64,000 nt of DNA, taken from IMG/VR virus record IMGVR_UViG_3300032265_002746; one strand, written 5' to 3'. Source of the DNA: a virus. Taxonomy: Duplodnaviria > Heunggongvirae > Uroviricota > Caudoviricetes. The position numbers and the translations under genes were made by a program. Below, in pieces: positions 57,809-64,000 of the stretch (position 1 is its first letter; each line of letters begins with the position of its first letter). The notes beneath the pieces are model-generated. The model was not told the origin of the DNA and did not search any database. It was given only the letters and a program-made list of their open reading frames with translations.

Positions 57809-57994
57809 ATGGAATTACCTAAGATTCTAGGTAGAATAGTACTACCTGAACCTCCTAAGAAGGAAAGGTGTGCTTGTTGTAGTAGTACTCAGTATCTAAC
57901 TGAGGCAGGGGATAAAATCCTATGTGGTAAATGTTATGAAGATGAGGTATCCTCTTATTGGGAGGTTAACCCATATTATATAGAGTTAATGTAA
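57809..57994 (+). CDS. Small zinc-ribbon protein
   Basis: CACC..CGKC motif. 61 aa. Confidence 0.4.
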   Translation: MELPKILGRIVLPEPPKKERCACCSSTQYLTEAGDKILCGKCYEDEVSSYWEVNPYYIELM

Positions 57995-58039
57995 ATAATT
58001 TTTAAACCCGTTCACATAGTTGAACACAATAATTAGTAT

Positions 58040-58468
58040 ATGGAAAAGATGACTAAGTTCGAGTTCAATCTCGAAAAACAATCCCTTGCTAAGGGAAGCA
58101 ATAATAGTGAGGTTGTATATGAACCTACTAAGAAAGAACTAGTAATAGAGAAGGTTAACACATTGGAGTTATCTTGGTGGAAAAAAACCGCTGAGAGAGT
58201 GTATGGTCGTCCTATTCCCCATAAGGAAGGAGATAGGTATATTCCCTTAGAGAAGGTAAAGGACATACAGTTAGTAGAAGGTAAGATACTCACTGAGTAT
58301 AGAGCCTTGAATGGCTATCTAGATAAGCCTAAGAAGAAGCTAAGAAAAAGGATCCAGTCTATACATACATCTTGTATCAACTCTATCCCTAGTGGAAGGA
58401 AGGTGTATGAGGCAGCACAGAGAAAATGTATTCCTTATTTTCAAGCAAAAGCACTAGCACATGTATAA
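58040..58468 (+). CDS. Hypothetical protein
   Basis: 142-aa ORF. Confidence 0.5.
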   Translation: MEKMTKFEFNLEKQSLAKGSNNSEVVYEPTKKELVIEKVNTLELSWWKKTAERVYGRPIPHKEGDRYIPLEKVKDIQLVEGKILTEYRALNGYLDKPKKKLRKRIQSIHTSCINSIPSGRKVYEAAQRKCIPYFQAKALAHV

Positions 58469-58781
58469 AGATATATTAGAACAGGCCAGGAAGCATTATA
58501 CATTCCACCTGGACCTTATGGAAGGGATGAGTGACGTAGGGGAGATGATAGACTATGCCCATAAGTACGACATAGGCATGGGTCTGTGTTGGTATTTAAT
58601 TATGAGAGCCGGCTATCATAGGGGTGAATACGAGGGTGGCATATTTGATGTCATCAAGAAGGTATCTAAGGGGAATAGGTACTACTTCGAGTATGCCTCT
58701 GATATGCATACTAAGGAGAAGGTATTACAGGCGATAGCTAAGAGGGTTGAATTAATTGATAGGGTATATAAACGCTTATAG
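58461..58781 (+). CDS. Hypothetical protein
   Basis: 106-aa ORF overlapping the upstream gene. Confidence 0.5.
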   Translation: MYKDILEQARKHYTFHLDLMEGMSDVGEMIDYAHKYDIGMGLCWYLIMRAGYHRGEYEGGIFDVIKKVSKGNRYYFEYASDMHTKEKVLQAIAKRVELIDRVYKRL

Positions 58782-58804
58782 CCTACTGATTAGGGTAGGC
58801 TTTC
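58780..58804 (+). terminator. Hairpin / weak terminator
   Basis: AGCCTAC-tgattag-GGTAGGCT followed by TTT. Confidence 0.35.
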
Positions 58805-59083
58805 CTGGGATATAGATACCCTTACCCAAGTAAATGGAGGAGGTCTATTGTTTATGTCTGATCCATCATACTGACTCTGGAGCCTTACCAGTTGAACGCC
58901 TTCTTCCGATGACAAACCAATGAAACACTTGTGAAACGGTTCTTGTTATTATATCGTGCTGTGACTCTTAGGTTGTTGTTGCTACTTAACAGGACACTGT
59001 GGACCATTCGCTTTAACCTGTTTATACTACCTACAGCTGATACTTTTTAAGAACTTATAAGATACTTTTAAGTGATTCCTACA

Positions 59084-59097
59084 TTAATAAATATACA
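59084..59097 (+). promoter_or_regulatory. ATTAATAAATATAC box (orphan copy)
   Basis: Same motif as upstream of the minus-strand genes, here in the plus-strand gene region. Confidence 0.2.
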
Positions 59098-59842
59098 ACT
59101 TTATGAAAAGAAGAATAAAATGTAAGGTTATACGCCTTAAAAACGATGCTTTACTACTACTCTTTGGTATAAAACCTAGGAGAAATAGACTGAAATTTAA
59201 TAAAATAAAGGTAAAAGAAAGGGAAATTACCCCTGAATTATTTAATAAATGGACTGAGGTTGTCTTTAAACGATAGCCTTTTTTGATTGATTCTAGCCTC
59301 AAGGTTAGACTTTAGGTGTGTGAGTAGGGTGATTACCTTACTCTTTTATTTAATAGCCCTTAATAAGTCTTAAAAATGATTAGTATTATAAAACTGATAG
59401 GTGTATCCCTAATGGTACTGGGGATAATAATGTGTTTACACAACAGAGTTGAAGGAGGAGTCGTGGCTTTTCTCCTGGGAGTATTGCTTGCTAGGGAAGG
59501 TGATGAGGATTAATTTTATATAAAGTGGTAAAATATTATTAATTTTTGGTAAGATATTCTCAAAAAGCAGATACCCTCCCTCCCCCTCCCACTTTTTACC
59601 ACTTTCTCCCACCTGAAAGCTGGCTTTTTATATATCTATATATTTTTAACCCTTTAAATTAATTATTTCAGTTATGGTAGTATCTTCAAAAGGTTATTAC
59701 TCTATTGTATTTGATGGTAGTACTTATACTGTTTTGTATAAGGGTTCTATTATTGTCAGTGGTAAGTATAGGTATAGAGATGTTGCTTCTTATTGTTTGT
59801 AGGATAGGTAGTATTCTTTTAATTAAATAAAAAAAACAAGTT

Positions 59843-60199
59843 ATGCACAAGTATCGAGTAGGTCAAAAAGTGAAAGTAGTAGTAGAGAACCCTAACTCCT
59901 CAGGTTATGCTCAAGGGGATGTAGTGGAGATAGTAAGTATTCTTTCCGGCACCTTTTACAGGTGTACTGAGGATACTAGGTATTACATGAACATACAGGA
60001 AGAGTACTTAGAACCTGTTGACTTAATAACAATTCCATTACCTACTGATGGTGAACAGACTCAAGCCTTATTAAAGGAACTTGGGATGGAAGACCAGATG
60101 TTAAGGCAGCTAATTATGTCTATGCCTTTTGATATGGTTGAAACTCTGTATCTAGAAAGGAAAGCGTATGAAGTTGATAAAGATTCAATTAAATTTTAA
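59843..60199 (+). CDS. Hypothetical protein (SH3/KOW-like N-terminus)
   Basis: MHKYRVGQKVKVVVEN..GDVVEIVSI. 118 aa. Confidence 0.5.
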   Translation: MHKYRVGQKVKVVVENPNSSGYAQGDVVEIVSILSGTFYRCTEDTRYYMNIQEEYLEPVDLITIPLPTDGEQTQALLKELGMEDQMLRQLIMSMPFDMVETLYLERKAYEVDKDSIKF

Positions 60200-60217
60200 A
60201 TTTTAAAAAAGTTAGTT

Positions 60218-60595
60218 ATGAAAAGAAGATGCGAATTTAATGTTTGGTTTTGGTATGTGTTAGGGATTATCCTCTCTTGTGTTTCGTTGGGGTTAGTCTT
60301 TTGCTTATTTTATGAGTGCTTTTTCGAAAGGCACTATTGGTTTAATAGAAGGTTACTTTACAGGAGATTAAAGGATGGCTACTATGAGGTGGTCTCTACC
60401 AGAATGATATCTCAATGTAATATTGAAGAACATAAGTTGAAAAATGGTTCCATTTGGGTTTGGCTTGACCATGAAAAAGTTACCTTTAATGAAAGTAAAA
60501 ATGACTATCCTGATTATGTAGGGTTGTTTACACAATCCCCTATCATGAAAAGGTATAATAAAAAGATAATCAAGTTACTCTATGAGAACAGATAA
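60218..60595 (+). CDS. Hypothetical membrane protein
   Basis: TM helix WFWYVLGIILSCVSLGLVFCLF. 125 aa. Confidence 0.5.
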   Translation: MKRRCEFNVWFWYVLGIILSCVSLGLVFCLFYECFFERHYWFNRRLLYRRLKDGYYEVVSTRMISQCNIEEHKLKNGSIWVWLDHEKVTFNESKNDYPDYVGLFTQSPIMKRYNKKIIKLLYENR

Positions 60596-60776
60596 GTTCA
60601 TCAGGTTATTCAGGATGTCTCATGTCATAGAGAGTGAGATTTTATCTATTAATAGAAAGCTATGTAAGTCTCCCTCTGATAAGGTAGTTATTAGTTTGAC
60701 TAAAAGATATGATAGTCTTTCCAGGAGGAGATACATAGTTCATTTCCATAAACAAAAATTTAGTAGTATTCATTAA
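60582..60776 (+). CDS. Hypothetical small protein
   Basis: 64-aa ORF. Confidence 0.35.
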   Translation: MRTDKFIRLFRMSHVIESEILSINRKLCKSPSDKVVISLTKRYDSLSRRRYIVHFHKQKFSSIH

Positions 60777-60796
60777 CAATTAAAAAAAAAACAGTT

Positions 60797-61138
60797 ATGC
60801 GTAAAAAAGTTAAAGATTGGTTGATGGAATTGCCTCAGCCTTATCGTAGTCAGGCATTGGATAATACTAATGTGCCTGATGGTGATGGATGTGAATCACT
60901 TGCAGATGCTATCAGTTGTGCATTTGTTTGGGATCGTAGTCCAGAAGGACACGAGTATTGGTGTAATCTAAGAGATAGGGTAAAAAATGGATTACCTCCA
61001 CTACCTACAGCTATCCAACTAGGTAATTTGATATCTGATATCATTAACCAGGATGGAGATGATTATACAGATGGAGAAGTGGTTGACCAGATAGTAGACT
61101 TACTTAATGGTTATGGTCTTTATTCAGCTCGTAAATAA
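60797..61138 (+). CDS. Hypothetical protein
   Basis: 113-aa ORF preceded by the AAACAGTTATG context. Confidence 0.5.
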   Translation: MRKKVKDWLMELPQPYRSQALDNTNVPDGDGCESLADAISCAFVWDRSPEGHEYWCNLRDRVKNGLPPLPTAIQLGNLISDIINQDGDDYTDGEVVDQIVDLLNGYGLYSARK

Positions 61139-61177
61139 AAATTAAAAAGAATTTTTTAACAAATAAAACAAACAGTT

Positions 61178-62065
61178 ATGGAACGTAAGTTCAAATTAAA
61201 CGATGAAGTATTAATCGTAGGAAACTTCAATGGTTCACAAAACCAAATAGGTAATATAGGAAGAGTTGTTGAAGTAGAACCAGATCACTACCCAGGTGAC
61301 CTAGTCTACAGGGTGCTCGTACCTGGTAGAAGCGAAACAGAAAATTGGCATGCAGAACAAGATTTAGAATTAAAACAAACAGCTATGACAGATTACAAAG
61401 TAAAAGGTAAAAGGCTACCTGCAATACCGGACAATACAGAGTATAGAACGGTGCGTTGGCTATCACCAGAACTAAATAGTCGATTAGTATCTGGCTATGG
61501 TGTTGGTGAATTAGTTAGCTATGGTAGTAAAGAGTTCAATGGTGTTACTTACATCATAGCAGAAAGACCTGACTACACAGGTGATCATCACTACATGTTC
61601 AAAGAAAGTGATTTGATATCTCTTACTGAAAAAGATACTGTCATTGGTTACAAGTTAATAAAAGAAAAGTACAGAGAGGCTGCTAAGAAGATTGCTTTGA
61701 GAGATACTCCTAATTTTATTATTGGTGAAAATTGTGATTTCTATGTTGGCTCTCGTTCAGAAGAGCGACTCAGGGATGCAGGTTTGTTAGACTTATGGTT
61801 TGAACCTGTTTATGAAGAAAAGTGTACTACTATAACAGATAGCAAAGGTAGACAAGCTAAAGTAATAGATCGTGAGTTACATGTTGCTGATGGTAAACTA
61901 ACTTTAGCAGATTTGAAATCTCTATCTGAGAGATACTATGGTCTTGACTTAGGAGATAAGAATTGGAGTGTTGAGCTTGTATCTGCTACATTTGACATAG
62001 GATGCTGGTCAGGTGTTACGCTTGAAGATATTAACAAAGCAATCGAAGCGATAGAATCATTTTAA
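61178..62065 (+). CDS. Hypothetical protein (SH3/KOW-like N-terminus)
   Basis: KFKLNDEVLIVGN..IGRVVEVEPD. 295 aa. Confidence 0.55.
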   Translation: MERKFKLNDEVLIVGNFNGSQNQIGNIGRVVEVEPDHYPGDLVYRVLVPGRSETENWHAEQDLELKQTAMTDYKVKGKRLPAIPDNTEYRTVRWLSPELNSRLVSGYGVGELVSYGSKEFNGVTYIIAERPDYTGDHHYMFKESDLISLTEKDTVIGYKLIKEKYREAAKKIALRDTPNFIIGENCDFYVGSRSEERLRDAGLLDLWFEPVYEEKCTTITDSKGRQAKVIDRELHVADGKLTLADLKSLSERYYGLDLGDKNWSVELVSATFDIGCWSGVTLEDINKAIEAIESF

Positions 62066-62066
62066 A

Positions 62067-62090
62067 GAGAGGGGCAAAGCCCCTTTCTTA
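62067..62090 (+). terminator. Intrinsic terminator
   Basis: GGGGC-aaa-GCCCC followed by TTTCTTAT. Confidence 0.55.
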
Positions 62091-62112
62091 TATTCATCTA
62101 AATAAATAAGTT

Positions 62113-62484
62113 ATGATACATAGATTTTACAAAGACAACGAAGGTTGGTTTATTGATTTGCCTGAGTTCTTAGAACTAGGTTTAGGTACTAAAGGTAACC
62201 TAGCAATGGTAGCAGGTGCAGATAAGCTACTAGACGAGCTATCAGGTAACAGTGACGAAGTAACCTTACAGTTCTATGATGAACCGTTTGATGGTTTTGA
62301 ACACCATATGATAATGGATGATATGGGCATGGATGAAGATGTGCTTGAAGGATATGGACACCCGATAGAGATAGGCGGGTACTATCATAGAGAGTCTGAT
62401 GGCTTTAAGATATGGTTATGTCCAGTTACTAAGTATGTGTTTGGTGGATATTACCCTGATAATATATACCTTAGAGTAGTTTAG
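62113..62484 (+). CDS. Hypothetical acidic protein
   Basis: 123-aa ORF. Confidence 0.5.
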   Translation: MIHRFYKDNEGWFIDLPEFLELGLGTKGNLAMVAGADKLLDELSGNSDEVTLQFYDEPFDGFEHHMIMDDMGMDEDVLEGYGHPIEIGGYYHRESDGFKIWLCPVTKYVFGGYYPDNIYLRVV

Positions 62485-62517
62485 GTATTCACCTTTCAAC
62501 AATTAAAACAAACAGTT

Positions 62518-62916
62518 ATGACTATCTACGAAGAGATGCAAGAGCTGGCTAAGAAAAAACTACGAGCCGAAAAATCTGAACAGGAAGATTGTAATCTTAT
62601 TCAACATGAGATTGCCCGGGAACTATATAGATTCCTGAAGGATAGCGGTCTGTCAGTAGAGTTGGTTGCTGGAAGTTGTGTCTATGACATCTATGCCACT
62701 ATTGATGCAGACACCACAGGTACCGTAAGGGTATTCTACAAGAGTGCCTCAAACAAAAATGAAAAGCATAAGGTAGAATACTTATCTCCTTTAATATGTG
62801 ATTCAATCATAGGGAGAAAAAGATGCTGGGTTTCTGTGTCATCTAATGAACAGATGCTAGACCTCATAAAGGGTGACATAGTAGATGTTTTCACTTACAA
62901 ACTGAAAAATAAATAA
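62518..62916 (+). CDS. Hypothetical protein
   Basis: 132-aa ORF. Confidence 0.5.
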   Translation: MTIYEEMQELAKKKLRAEKSEQEDCNLIQHEIARELYRFLKDSGLSVELVAGSCVYDIYATIDADTTGTVRVFYKSASNKNEKHKVEYLSPLICDSIIGRKRCWVSVSSNEQMLDLIKGDIVDVFTYKLKNK

Positions 62917-63077
62917 CTATGCTTCCTATCGTATTTGAATTCAACCAGGACTATCTAGCCTGCTCGGGAAGTATGGTAGAACAGCCAGGTTTATTTGTTT
63001 ACATCCGGACTCTTTACCAAGAGGCGTGGATGGGTACTACATTTTTTATATCAATGAATTAATCTAAATTAAATTTT

Positions 63078-63377
63078 ATGAGTGAAATTAAAAAGTCATC
63101 AAATGACTTTAAGAGTCTGCCTAGTAATGGAGTATATGATGGTATTCAGTATTTAGCTAAATTTCCTAATGGATATGGAGCTTCAATAGTCAGGCACCAA
63201 TTCTCTTATGGAGGTAGGAAGGGATTATGGGAGTTAGCTGTCTTGGATGATGAGGGTAATCTTTGCTATGATACACCTATTACAGATGATGTGTTAGGGT
63301 ATCTGACAGAAGATGATGTGAATGAGATTCTGGATAGGATAGAAGAACTACCCCCTTGTGTTTCGAAGAATGTTTAG
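63078..63377 (+). CDS. Hypothetical protein
   Basis: 99-aa ORF. Confidence 0.5.
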   Translation: MSEIKKSSNDFKSLPSNGVYDGIQYLAKFPNGYGASIVRHQFSYGGRKGLWELAVLDDEGNLCYDTPITDDVLGYLTEDDVNEILDRIEELPPCVSKNV

Positions 63378-63392
63378 TTTATGTGTAAAAAG

Positions 63393-63424
63393 AAGCCTGT
63401 TCAACTGAGCAGGCTTTATTATTT
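63393..63424 (+). terminator. Hairpin / terminator
   Basis: AAGCCTG..CAGGCTT followed by TATTATTT. Confidence 0.4.
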
Positions 63425-63444
63425 AATCACTTAAAAAGTTTGTA

Positions 63445-63654
63445 ATGAAAAAGATGTATTACGTTGTGGAACGACAATTAGAATCTGATGGTGAGTTTGA
63501 CTATGCCACAGATACTAAAGATGTAACCTTGTATGTTTGGGATTCTAATGTTAATGATTTAGTGTATGTGGGTGGTTCAGAGTTAGCTGTAGAGATCAAT
63601 GTATTAGAGTATTTACAAAAGCATTTTCCTGATAATGAATTTAAAAAATTGTAA
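63445..63654 (+). CDS. Hypothetical small protein
   Basis: 69-aa ORF. Confidence 0.45.
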   Translation: MKKMYYVVERQLESDGEFDYATDTKDVTLYVWDSNVNDLVYVGGSELAVEINVLEYLQKHFPDNEFKKL

Positions 63655-63656
63655 TT

Positions 63657-63875
63657 ATGACGTACAGAATAATCTGGGAGGTAGAGTTAGATGCAGATAA
63701 TCCTTTAGAAGCAGCTAAGGAAGCCTTAGACTATATAATATATGGTGAAGCAAGATTCTTTGAGGTCCGGCAGGAGCGGGACGATAAAGATAACCTTCTG
63801 GATAAGCCTGTAATCTATGGGGTAGATTTACTAGAGGGAGAAGATGCAGTATTTTTAATTGAAGAAAACAAATAA
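63657..63875 (+). CDS. Hypothetical small acidic protein
   Basis: 72-aa ORF. Confidence 0.45.
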   Translation: MTYRIIWEVELDADNPLEAAKEALDYIIYGEARFFEVRQERDDKDNLLDKPVIYGVDLLEGEDAVFLIEENK

Positions 63876-63878
63876 GTT

Positions 63879-64000
63879 ATGCAAACAGAATACAATTTAG
63901 AGTTCCTGTTAGAAAATACAGGATGTTATGAAGAGGGAAAAATAGAAACTCTCTTTCCAAAAGAAAGAGAAGTAGTTAGCTACAAGGATATATTGCAAAG
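63879..64000 (+). CDS. Hypothetical protein, 3'-truncated by the window end
   Basis: ATG preceded by AATAAGTTATG. The ORF runs to the window edge. Confidence 0.4.
   Translation, partial: MQTEYNLEFLLENTGCYEEGKIETLFPKEREVVSYKDILQ

Noticed and set aside
59084-59302. 72-aa minus-strand ORF in the plus-strand gene block.
   Set aside because: An isolated antisense ORF in an AT-rich spacer, L/F/I-rich. A short plus-strand ORF in the same region is more plausible.

Overview
This 64 kb window reads as a contiguous piece of a tailed dsDNA phage genome, distantly T4-like in its head and baseplate proteins. It is AT-rich and most genes lack Shine-Dalgarno sequences, which fits a Bacteroidetes-type host; that host call is tentative. 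About 46.7 kb on the minus strand is a tightly packed module: PhoH, a GIY-YIG homing endonuclease, major capsid protein, scaffold, prohead protease, a 1139-aa K/E-rich protein, an intein-containing portal, large terminase plus a terminase-ATPase paralog, primase, and baseplate, lysis and fiber genes. A divergent promoter region at about 46.73-46.91 kb leads into roughly 17 kb of short plus-strand genes that look like an early or accessory region. The points most worth a second look are: a LAGLIDADG intein inside the portal gene; a stand-alone terminase-ATPase paralog, with an N-terminal-lysine Walker A variant in both copies; a holin plus GH19 endolysin pair sitting between baseplate and fibre genes; a 700-bp palindrome-dense non-coding hub followed by a structured 3' RNA; a GGGGCGAAG iteron-like array that runs into an ORF; duplicated tRNA-like remnants; an SPFH lipoprotein preceded by two tiny membrane proteins; a secreted non-specific nuclease adjacent to an ORF with cytosine-C5-methyltransferase-like motifs; and a recurring TAATAAATATCA box upstream of minus-strand genes. 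No tail sheath or tube gene, rRNA or CRISPR array was recognised. Functions are assigned from motif recognition by eye only; no database search was possible.
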